Shown here: one piece after another, positions 24,266 to 35,514 of the stretch
Position numbering within the stretch: position 1 is the first letter of the stretch
Layout of the letters: every line of letters begins with the position of its first letter
Program-made: the position numbers and the translations under genes
Assembly: GCF_963921235.1 (NCBI RefSeq)
Contig: NC_086097.1
Coordinates: 54,562,001-54,626,000 of the forward strand
Direction of reading: 5' to 3'
Length of the DNA stretch: 64,000 nucleotides
From: Mobula hypostoma
Taxonomy: Eukaryota
The notes under the pieces: model-generated
Told to the model about the DNA's origin: nothing
What the model saw: only the letters and a program-made list of their open reading frames with translations
Database searches by the model: none

Positions 24266-27155
24266 AAAGGATAAACTACACCAGTTGATGTTGGCTCTGA
24301 ATCTTATAAATAATCGTGGGTTCAGACCACGTTCATAAGTTCCAGTCACGTGCCCTGGTCAGGGTCAACTGATACCTTGTGTCATGTTTCTGCAAGCTGT
24401 AATGAACATTTTATTTTTACGCGTGTTTGGATTGTCACTGTGTCATCAAATCCTGAAGCATTGTCAAGCCAAATAAAAGTACTTCAGTCCGCGAAAAGGA
24501 TTTTGCAGTGAAACAACCTCAGAGAAGTCAGCAGATGAGTTAGTGAGGTGGCAGATAAATGGGGTGGTCTTTTTTAGTGACAACAGGTGAATTTCAATAG
24601 TGGTTCGTTACATTTCTGTTCTTAAAAACATTTCTTTAAAAGAATTCTGCAAACTTGTACTAAAAATATGCTACCAGAAGAAGTCTGACATGAGATGTCA
24701 TTCACCTTAAATGCATCTGATTTGGTTGTTGAGCTCTTTTCAAAATTGAAGTACTATTGTCATGAAGAGGACTCTGAGATGAATAATTTAAGTGCAACTA
24801 AAATTAACTTGTTGTTTACATAATTATAAAGGGTACATAAACATTTTCAGGTATGCTATTGTTATTTGTATTGTCATTGTTAAAGCATTTTCCCCCTCTG
24901 CAATAGCAGCAGGTTTGTTCGTTTGATTAGCAGCAAAGCCATGCTTCCATGGGGTAGTTGCTTTTTCTAAAAGAAAGTGTAAGTGCTTGTGACCTAAGTG
25001 GGTACATTTGTTGATGATGAGAGAGGGGTTCTGGAATGTTGTTGAATGCTGGAGAGTTATGTGATACCATAGGAGTTAAACTCAATCAGTCTTGCAGTCA
25101 GTTTAACTGTTGGCAAATATGCTGTTTGCTCTTGTTTTGCTTCCAATTCCCCCTCCCCGTCCCTTGCAAAAAGGCCCAGTGTTTACAGTTAAAATTAAGT
25201 TGGTACTGTATGCAAGTTACCAGGTCCTAAATATTTTCTGCATCCCTTCCCCAATCACTTACCCAAAGTGTTGAAAAACTAGAGAGTAAGCATCCAAGAG
25301 TGTGAAAGAGGGAGTTTGTACAACATACACAATATAAAAGGAAGGATAAGGACTGAGAAAAATTAGACAGATACTGGATGAGGTTGAATATATGGATATT
25401 TTGTCAGAAAGGGAGTTGGAAATGCAGTATTAAAGAAACTGGTGAAAGCAAAGTGTTTAACCATTTTCACAAAAAGTGCATTTATATACAATGAATGCAA
25501 GTTCAAACATTTAATGTGACTCTGTTCTTGCTAACACAAAAACTTGTTTGATGAGAGTCCTTAGAAGTATTTACAAATCAGAATTGATATTTATTCCTCC
25601 ACTGATTTATAGATACAGAGGTTATCTATTAATTAGATGTATTATTTTAGATATGTATTAACTTGCTATGGCTGGTAACCATGAGTATGTCTCAAAATAT
25701 TAACATCCATTTAGTTAATTTTAATATTATTGCTTATTTCTACTGATGAGTATAGTTTAAATATTTGCATAGATAAAAAATGTTTTGCTAAGAAGTGCTG
25801 TCTGGTGAATTAATTTTAACATGTGGCTTTGTCTTGAGAACACTGATGCCATTCTGTTTTTTTTTCTGTTGAGTCCTGTATTGACTGCAGGTGTAGAGCT
25901 TGGTTAATACTATCCTATGTAAATTGAATTATTTATGAAATGATGATTGCATGCATATAAGGCTGTGAAGTCAAATATTTAGGAAAAAAAGCGGCAGTGC
26001 CTTTCCTTTTGTATCTTCCACATACCCCAAACATTAACTGTTTTATACAGAACAAAATAGCACCATTAATTGAAAACAAAGGTGACAAGACATATTCTTG
26101 ATATTTATAGTCTTTGTTTTTGTTTGGTTAAGTGTTGTGCACACTAAATATCCCTGCAAGTCCAGCAGAAAGCCTGGTAGAGTAACTCTTTTGAATATGT
26201 TTGAAGTGCTTAATTTTTTGTGGACATTGGAAAAATTCAGTAGTGAAACCATATAAAATAGCTTACTATTGTGAGCTGTTCCAGAAATGAAAGTTTTCTA
26301 GAATTTCTGCCAGGTTACTGTAATGCCTTTAAGAGATTATGGCTGGAAAACAAGACCTCTTAGTAATGATATTTTAAAGTTCAAAGCAGAGTCTTGCATG
26401 GATGTGTGTGCACTATATATAAGAGAAAACTAGATTACATTTTTAAAAAGAATTGTTTTGTACAAGCCATTAACATTTGCTATGATGGCTTTTATTTTTT
26501 GTATTTCTTTATCTTGATTCAGAAAATAGTGAATGTTTATTCCTCTGAGAGGAATAGGAAGCAATGCTAGTAGTAATTACCTGGATACTTCCGCCCTCTT
26601 TTTTTTAATATTATATTATTCCCTAAGTATTTATGGACAGTTTTGTTAAACAGTGTAGAACCTTTTTTCTTTTTTTTAAATACTCAATCCCATATTACTT
26701 CCTTTGTTGCATGTCAGGCAGAGACAGCCCCACATGGTAGGTGCATGCATGCTAATGTTCTCGTTTTCCTCTGTAAAGAAGGTAGTGTACAAGAAAAGTG
26801 TTTCTTGCATAGTTACTGCTGCACATAAATGCATATTTTTACAGCTTGTCACCTTATGGAAAAAGCACGTTTGTTACATGTTAAAGCTTTATGACAAACA
26901 CTCGTTTTACTTGCTGTTCTTGCAAGTGTATAGTTTTCAAATGTTCTTGTTTAAAGTTACCAATGAATTACTCTTGTGACTTAAAACAGCAAATGCTACA
27001 ATGTATTTATTTACTCCCAATTCTGTCACTTAACTAAAATGTTGGCTATTTCACATCAGCATTATATTGAAAGTGAAGGGAGATAATACAAGTTTTTGTA
27101 ACATTGTGGTGTATGTGTTTGTTTTTTTCAAAAATAAAACTTACACACCCAGTTT
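24266..27155 (+). other. SAMD4A: Probable SAMD4A 3'UTR (~2.9 kb)
   Basis: AU-rich stretch with no recognisable TE after the stop. AATAAA at 27133-27138 is preceded by UGUA/U-rich sequence; a proximal AATAAA lies at 24472-24477. The end point is inferred. Confidence 0.65.
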
Positions 27156-27500
27156 GAATACTCATGCAATCCCAAAGACAGCTTCTGTATAAAAAGCTGC
27201 AGATGAGTGATCAGGCCATACTGTTAAAGAGAAAATAGCTAGTGAGCCAGTAGGTGATTTCCTCTCACTTTGAAGGTGTTCTCAAATTTTGTTATCCTCT
27301 GATTAAGAAGGTGGCAAGAAATTATGCCAAACCTCTTGGGCTGCTGCAATAGGTACAGTATACAGAACAATTTATGCTGATTTCTTCATTAAATGGTTCA
27401 CTCTTGCTCTTTTTTTAAAAATTGCTTTCTCTTTGGGAAATTTATCATTTTCACCGAGCTGATCTGTTGAACCACTTAAATGAGATAGCTAATTTGCCCT

Positions 27501-29773
27501 CATAACCATATAACAGTTACAGCATGGAATCAGGCCATCTCAGCCCTTCTAGTCCATGCCTACTCTCACCTAGTCCCACCGACCTGCACTCAGCCCATAA
27601 CCCTCCATTCCTTTCCTGCCCATATAGCTGTCCAATTTAACTTTAAACGACAACATCGAACCTGCCTCAACCACTTCTGCTGGAAGCTCGTTCCACACAG
27701 CTACCACTCTCTGAGTAAAGCTCCCCCTCATGTTACCCCTAAACTTTTGCCCTTTAACTCTCAACTCCTGTCCTCTTGTTTGAATCTCCCCCACTCTCAA
27801 TGGAAAAAGCCTATCCACGTCAACTCTCTATCCCCCTCATAATTTTAAATACCCCTATCAAGTCCCCCCTCAACCTTCTACATTCCAAAGAATAAAGACC
27901 CAACTTGTTCAACCTTTCTCTGTAACGTAGATGATGAAAGCCAGGTAATATTCTAGTAAATCTCTGTACTCTCTCTATTTTGTTGACATCTTTCCAATAA
28001 TTCGGTGACCAAAACTGTACACAATACTCCAAATTTGGCCTCACCAATGCCTTGTACAATTTCAACATTACATCTCAACTCCTATACTCAATGCTCTGAT
28101 TTAAAAAGGCCAGCATACCAAAAGCTTTCTTCACCACCCTATCCACATGAGATTCCACTTTCAGGGAACAATGCACCATTATTCCTAGATCCCTCTGTTC
28201 TACTGTATTCTTCAATGCCCTACCATTTTCCATGTATGTCCTATTTTGATTAGTCCTACCAAAATGTAGCACCTCACATTTATCAGCGTTAAACTCCATC
28301 TGCCATCTTTCAGCCCACTCTTCTAACTGGCCTAAATCTCTCTGCAAGCTTTGAAAACCTACTTCATTTTCCACAACTCCACCTATCTTAGTATCATCTG
28401 CATACTTACTCATCCAATTTACCACCCCTTCATCCAGATCATTAATATATATGCCAAATAACATTGGACCCAGTACAGGATCCCTAAGGCACACTACTAG
28501 TCACCGGCCTCCAATCTGACAAACAGTTATCCACCACCACTCTCTGGCGTCTCCCATCCAGCCACTGCTGAATCCATTTTACTACTTCAATATTAATTCC
28601 CAACAATTGAACCTTCCTAACCAACCTTCCATGTGGGACCTTGTCAAAGGCATTACTGAAGTCCATATAGACAACATCCACCGCTTTACCCTCATCAACT
28701 TTCCTAGTAACCTCTTCAAAAAATTCAATAAGATTTGTCAAACATGACCTTCCACGCACAAATCCATGTTGACTGTTCCTAATCAGACCCTGTCTATTCA
28801 GATAATTATATATACCATCTCTAAGACTACTTTTCATCAATTTACCCACCACTGATGTCAAACTCACAGGCTGATAATTGCTAGGTTTACTGTTAGAACC
28901 CTTTTTAAACAATGGAACAACATGAGCAATATGCCAATTTTCCGGCACCATCCCCGTTTCTAATGACATTTGAAATATTTCTGTCAGAGCCCCTGCTATT
29001 TCCACACTAACTTCCCTCAAGTTCCTAGGGAATATCCTGTCAGGACCTGGAGACTTATCCACCTTTATATACCTTAAAAGCTCCAGTACTTCCTCTTCTT
29101 TAATCATCATAGTTTCCATAACTTCCCGACCTATTTCCCTTATCTTACACAATTCAATATACTTCTCCTTAGTGAATACCAAAGAAAAGAAATTGTTCAA
29201 AATCTCCCCCATCTCTTTTGGCTCCACAGATAGCTGTCCACTCTGATTGTCTAAGGGACCAATTTTATCCCTCACTATCCCTTTGCTATTAATATAACAG
29301 TAGAAACCCTTGGGATTTATTTTCACCTTACTTGCCAAAGCAACCTCATATCTTCTTTTAGCTTTTCTAATTTCTTTCTTAAGATTCTTTTTACATTCTT
29401 TACATTCCTTGAGCACCTCATTTACTCCATGCTGCCTATATTTATTGTAGATAACTCTTTTTTTGACCGAAGTTTCCAATATCCCTTGAAAACCATGGCT
29501 CTCTCAAACTTTTAACCTTTCCTTTCAACCTAACAGGAACATAAAGATTCTGTACTCTCAAAATTTCACCTTTAAATGACCTCCATTTCTCAATTACATT
29601 CTTCCCATAAAACAAATTGTCCCAATCCACTCCTTCTAAATCCTTTCGCATCTCCTCAAAGTTAGCCTTTCGCCAATCAGAAATCTCAACCCTGGGTCCA
29701 GACCTATCCTTCTCCATAATTATATTGAAACTAATAGCATTATGATCACTGGACCCGAAGTGCTCCCCAACAC
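27501..29773 (-). mobile_element. Relatively young 5'-truncated CR1 LINE (RT domain, frameshifted)
   Basis: ORFs of 91, 331, 139, 82 and 82 aa covering DKSPGPD, SCLTNLIEFFEEVT and [10 protein letters not shown] through to the 3' tail. Confidence 0.96.
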
Positions 29774-30300
29774 AAAGGGTATACTGACATTGGAGAGGGT
29801 TCAGAGAAGATTCACGAGAATAATTCCAGGAATGAAAGGGTTACCGTATGAGGAATGTCTGCCAGCTCTTGGGCTGTATTCCCTGGAGTTCAGGAAAATG
29901 AGGGGGGATCTCATAGAAATATTCCAAATATTAAAAGGCCTGAACAGATTAGATATGACAAAGTTATTTCCCATGGTAGGGGAATGTAGGACAAGAGGGC
30001 ATGACTTCAGGATTGAAGGATCTCCATTTAGAATAGAGATGCGAAGAAATTACTTTAGTCAAGAGAGTAGGAAATCTGTGGAATTTGTTGCCACGAGCGG
30101 CTGTGGAGGCCAAGTCGTTGGGTGCATTTAAGGCAAAGATAGATAGGTTCTTGATTAGCCAGGGCATCAAAGGGTATGGGGAGAAGGCAGCGGAGTGGAG
30201 ATGACTGGATGAATTGGATCAGCCCATGATTGAATGGCAGAGTAGACTCAATGGGCTGAATGGCCTACTTCTGCTCCTTCTATATCTTATGATCTTATAT
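29774..30300 (+). mobile_element. CR1 LINE 3' end of a different subfamily, abutting the previous copy
   Basis: LERVQRRFTRIIPGMKGLPYEE; tail TCTTATGATCTTAT. Confidence 0.9.
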
Positions 30301-30329
30301 CTTCTCTTACATGAAACTCAGTGGGAAGG

Positions 30330-33200
30330 CAGTTGATGAGAATATTTGGATTTTGAAATCGGATATAGATTGAGTGAGGAATGCAGACTTGACAAGTTAA
30401 GTGTGGGAAAGCGTGAGGCAATTCAATAAGAGGAATTTAAAGGCAAGCTATTATCTGTAAAGGATTGCAGATGAGCAAAGTGCAGAAGGATCTTGCTGTC
30501 CTTGTATGTGCATCACAAGAAGTTAGTAGGCAGGTGTACCAAGTCCTTAAGAAGGCAAATGACATTAGAATCATAGAGTAATACAACACGGAACAGGCCC
30601 TTCTGTTCAACTAGTCCACATTAACCACAGCATCCTTCCTTCCATGTACTTGTTCAAATGCCTCTCAAATGTTGCCATTGTACCTACATCATCTAGCAGT
30701 TCATTCCAAGTATTCACTACTCTCAGTTTAAAGAAGTTAATTCTCGTGCCTCTTAGGTCTCTCCCCTCTTAACTAGTGTCTGTACCATCTAGTTTTGAAC
30801 TCTCCAAACCTGCGGAAAAACACTATGACCATCCCCTTTAATCTTAACCCCTCATGATTTTATATTTCTTTGAAGTCACCCCTCATTCTCCTGTGGTCCA
30901 ATGTAGCCAACCTCTCCCTGTAATTTAGGCCCTCTAGTCTAGGTAGCATCCTCATTAATCTCTTCTCCATCCTCTCCAGCATTACGATGGCTTTCCCATA
31001 ACCGGATGACTACAACAGTACAAATACTCTGAATGCAGACAAGAACAAGTACAACGTAATGACTCTACTCCTAAACTCAGTGCCATAACTAATGAAGACC
31101 AACATGCTAAATGCTTTCTTCACCACCTCATCTTCCAGTGAACTGTGCACTTGTACTCTGAGGTCTCTGTTCTACAACACTCATTAGGGCGGTGCCATTC
31201 ACTGATTTGATGCAACACCTCATGCTTGAAATCCATATGCTATTCCTCAGCTCATCTCCCTAACTGAACAAGATCTCTTCACTACTGACAAGATCCTCTA
31301 ATTGAGCAACATTATCAAACTTGCTAATTTGTATATTTACATAAATTATGGATAATAGAGGGCCCAACACTAACCCTTGGGACACTGCACTAGCAACAGT
31401 AACATTTATTATCAGAGTACATACATGTCACCATTTACAACCCTGAGATTCTTTTTCTGTGGGCGTACTTAGGAAATCTACAGAACGGGATCTGTAAACT
31501 GTAAACAAACTGTGTGAATGCAGTTGATAAATAAATAGCAATAAATAATGAACATGCAATAACAAGATAAAAGAGTCCTTAAATGACTGTAGTTATCCCC
31601 TTTTGTTCAAGAACCTGGGTGAGGAGGATCTTTGATGATGATTGCTGCTTTTCTATGGTAATGTTTCCTGTAGATGCGCTCAATGGTTGGGAAGGTTTAG
31701 CCCATGATGTACTGGGCTGAATCCACTACCTTTTGTAGGATATTCTACTTAAAGGCATTGGTGTTCCCAGGCGGTAACACAGCCAGTTGGCACACCTTCT
31801 ACCACACTTCCACAGAAATTTGCCAAGGTTTTTGATGACGTGCCAAATCTCTGCAGACTCCTGACTCCTGTCACACTTTCTTCACAATTGTATTTACATG
31901 ATGGGTCCAAGACAGGCCCTCTGAGAAAGTGACACCCAGGAATTTAAAGTAACTGACCATCTTCACCTCTGATTGTCTGACGATTACTGGCTTATGGACC
32001 CCTGAATTTCCCTCTCCTGAAGTCTACAATCAGTCTTTTCGTCTTAGATTGACATTGAGTCAGAGAAACAACCATGATTCTCACCTTTCTATCATTGAGT
32101 CAGTTCCAAATCTACTTAAGTAGCTCACCCTGAATTTCACATGACCTAACCTTCCAGATCAGCCTGCCAACCTAGAACTTGCCAACGGCCTTACTGAAAT
32201 CCATATAGACAACATCTACTTCCCTATCTTCAACTATCCCCTTAAGTCACCTCTTCAAAAAACTCAAGTTTCATCAGACATAACCTCCCATGTACAATCC
32301 TTGCTGACTATTCATGTTCAAGTCATGGCAACATCCTTACAGTTTGTGTCCCTTATGAGCCATTCCACCCATCTATTTATACTTCCTTTAAGTAGATTAA
32401 TTTATTCAACATTGCTGTTTCATATAATCTGTTCATTTGGAAATTGTGCTGTAGATCTGTCTAAATTATTAAAGTATATTATGAAAAGGACTAACCCTAA
32501 CAACCGTTTGTTCAAAGTTCCACTGTACACTCCCCTGTAGTCAGAAAAGTTTTGAGGATTGCTGTTTCCCATAACTTAATTCTTACTCCATGATCTTGAT
32601 TACATTTATTATGTGGCTCCTATTAAATCTATCTTAGAAATCACATGCATCTATCTTTTCTGTTGCTTTATCAAAAACTTGTCCAGGTGATTGGATCTGA
32701 CTTACATCTAACAAATTCATTCTGGCTTTCTCTAAATTAATCCAAACGAGTAAAGTTACTACTTGTTCTGCCCCTGGTTATTGTTTCTAAAACTTTCCCT
32801 ACCACTGAGGTTAAATTTCTAGTCTGTAGTGGCTAGGTTATCTCTTTTTTGTTCCTTTTTTTTGAACAAAGATGTGGCATAAATGTTTTTTCCATTCCTC
32901 AGGCACTTACTTGAAATCTGGATGTATGGAACGTTACTGCTTGGACCTCTAATTTTCTCCTATGCTTGTCCCAAGAAGTTGGGGTATATCTCATCTTCTA
33001 CCCTGTAACTTGCAGTATAGTTCATTTTTCTACTATTGTTTTTCTATCATTTGTACTGCATCTGAGAATTTCAATTATCTATTCCTTTGCTAGGTCTCCA
33101 GCAGCATCTTCTGAGGTGAAGATTGAAATAAAGAACTCATTCAACATCTCGATTATGCCCTCATGAATAGAATTCCTTTTTGGTTTCTGATCAATCTCAT
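30330..33200. mobile_element. Cluster of old CR1 fragments (mostly minus) with a nested Rex1 3' fragment (~31400-32060, minus)
   Basis: Degenerate CR1 motifs such as CCATATAGACAACATCTAC (VDVVYMD), and a Rex1-type segment homologous to 15659-16530. Confidence 0.65.
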
Positions 33201-34527
33201 TTCTCCTCTAAAACCCTTTATCCCAAATGGGTTTCTTACAGTGTGTCCAGGTACAATGCTTCACATGAATTGGAATTATAAACATTTTTAACGCCAGATT
33301 AAATTTAGTCCAGTATTTTCTAAATGGCCAGCATTCATTGCCCAATGCCAGATGAGGCTCTTCAAATCAGTATGATGATGGTATTTTCATTATGATTGAT
33401 TTAGAGTATTTTGATTAGTGACGAATTAGAGCCAATCTATGTCTATGTTAGATTGATGTGCTATTTTGAAGGAACTTCCAGGTTTCAATGTTCCCTTCTG
33501 TTTCCTGTGCTGGTCTTTTCAATTAATCGTGGTAAGGGGTTGGAGAGATCTTGCCAAAGGGTACCTCTAGAGCATTTTATAAATAATATACAATGTAACC
33601 ATTGTACATCTACAGCATGATGAAGGGAGTGAACGTTTTAAAATGGTGAGTGGACATTGATAAAGTAGATTATTTTGTTCCTGATGATGTTGAGTTTCTC
33701 AACTACTGTTGGAGCTAATCATAATCAGGCATATGTTGGGAAATTTGTCATCTTTGTGGCAGACATACCATGCAATACATAATAATGCGCGCGTACACAC
33801 ACACACACACCCGTTAAATAAGTAGTGAGGTAATGTTTTTGGGTTCAATGTGCATTCAGAAATTGGATAGCAGAGGGGAAGAAGCTGTTCCTGTTCAATG
33901 TGTGCCTTCAGACTTTTCTACCTCTTTCTTGATGGTAGAAATGAGAACAAGGCATGGGGGCCCTTCATGATGGGTGCTGCCTTTTTGAGGCATCATTCCT
34001 TGAAGATGTCCTAGATACTGCAGAGGCTAATGCCCATGATGGAGCTAACCAAGTTCACAAATCTCTGCAGCTTATTTTGATGCTGTGTAATAGAACCATG
34101 TCTCTCCCAGCACCCCTCCCCATCCCCCACCATACCAGACAGTGATGCAGCCAGTTAGAATGCTCTACACGGTAAATCTGTAGAAATTTGTGAGTGTCTT
34201 TGATGACATACAGTGCTAATAAAAAGCATTCGCCCCTTCTTGGAAATTTTGATGTTTTATTGTTTTACAACATTGAATCGCAGTTGATTTAATTTGGCTT
34301 TTTTGACAAAGATCGACAGAAAAAGACTCTTTCATGCCAATGTGAAAACAGACCTCTACAAAGTAATCTAAATTAATTACAAATATAAAATACGAAATAA
34401 TTGATTACATAAATATTCACCTCCTTCAAGCCAGTATTTAGTAGATGCACCCTTGACAGCAATTACAGCCTTGAGTCTGTGTGGTTAGATCTCTATCAGC
34501 TTTGCACATCTGGACACTGTAATTTTT

Positions 34528-35514
34528 AGGAAGAGGTACAGTCGATGTTTCGGGCCGAGACCCTTCGTCAGGACGAACTGAAGGAAGAGATAGTAAGAGG
34601 TTTGAAAGTGGGAGGGGGAGATCCAAAATGATAGGAGAAGACAGGAAGGGGAGGGATGGAGCCAAGAGCTGGACAGGTGATTGTCAAAAGGGATACGAGA
34701 GGATCATGGGACAGGAGGGCCAGGGAGAAGGAAAAGGGGGAGGGGGGGACACAGAGGATGGGCAAGGGGTATAGTCAGCGGGACAGAGGGAGAAAAAGGA
34801 GAGAGAGAGAAAGAATGTGTGTATATAAATAAATAATGGATGGGGTACAAGGGGGAGGTAGGGCATTAGTGGAAGTTAGAGAAGTCAATGTTCATGCCAT
34901 CAGGTTGGAGGATACCCAGACAGAATATATGGTGTTGTTCCTCCAACCTGAGTGTGTCTTCATCTTTACAGTAGAGGAGGCCATGGATAGACATATCAGA
35001 ATGGGAATGTGATGTGGAATTTAAAATGTGTGGCCACTGGGAGATCCTGCTTTCTCTGGCGGACAGAGCGTAGGCAGTCAGCAAAACGATCTCCCAGTCT
35101 GCGTCGAGTCTCTCCAATACATAGAAGACCACATTGGGAGCACTGGATGTAGTATATCACCCCAGCCGACTCACAGGTGAAGTGTCGCCTCACCTGGAAG
35201 GACTGTCTGGGGCCCTGAATGGTGGTAAGGGGGGAAGTGTAAGGGCATGTGTAGTACTTGTTCCACTTACAAGGATACGTGCCAGGAGGGAGATCAGTGG
35301 GGAGGGATGGGGGGGAACGAATGGACAAGGGAGTCGTGTAGGGAGTGGTCCCTGCGGAAAGCAGGGGGAGGGAAAGATGTGCTCAGAGGTGGTCTCGGCC
35401 CAAAACGTCGACTGTACCTCTTCCTAGAGATGCTGCCTGGCCTGCTGCGTTCACCAGCAACTTTGATGTGTGTTGGTTGAATTTCCAGCATCTGCAGAAT
35501 TCCTCGTGTATGCG
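34528..35514 (-). mobile_element. Penelope-like element: minus copy plus short inverted 3' end, nested in the Tc1
   Basis: ORF 34996..35328 GVIYYIQCSQCGLLCIGETRRRLGDRF (GIY-YIG); inverted terminus 35390-35514; imperfect 12-bp flanking duplication. Confidence 0.9.
34539..34576 (-). ncRNA. Minimal type-I hammerhead ribozyme motif (AUC variant)
   Basis: Minus strand: cgtc CTGACGA agggtctcggccc GAAAC ATC gactg. Confidence 0.62.

Noticed and set aside
24905..24919. Second Smaug-element candidate AGCAG-CAGGT-TTGTT
   Set aside because: The stem relies on G-U pairs, including the closing pair; too weak.
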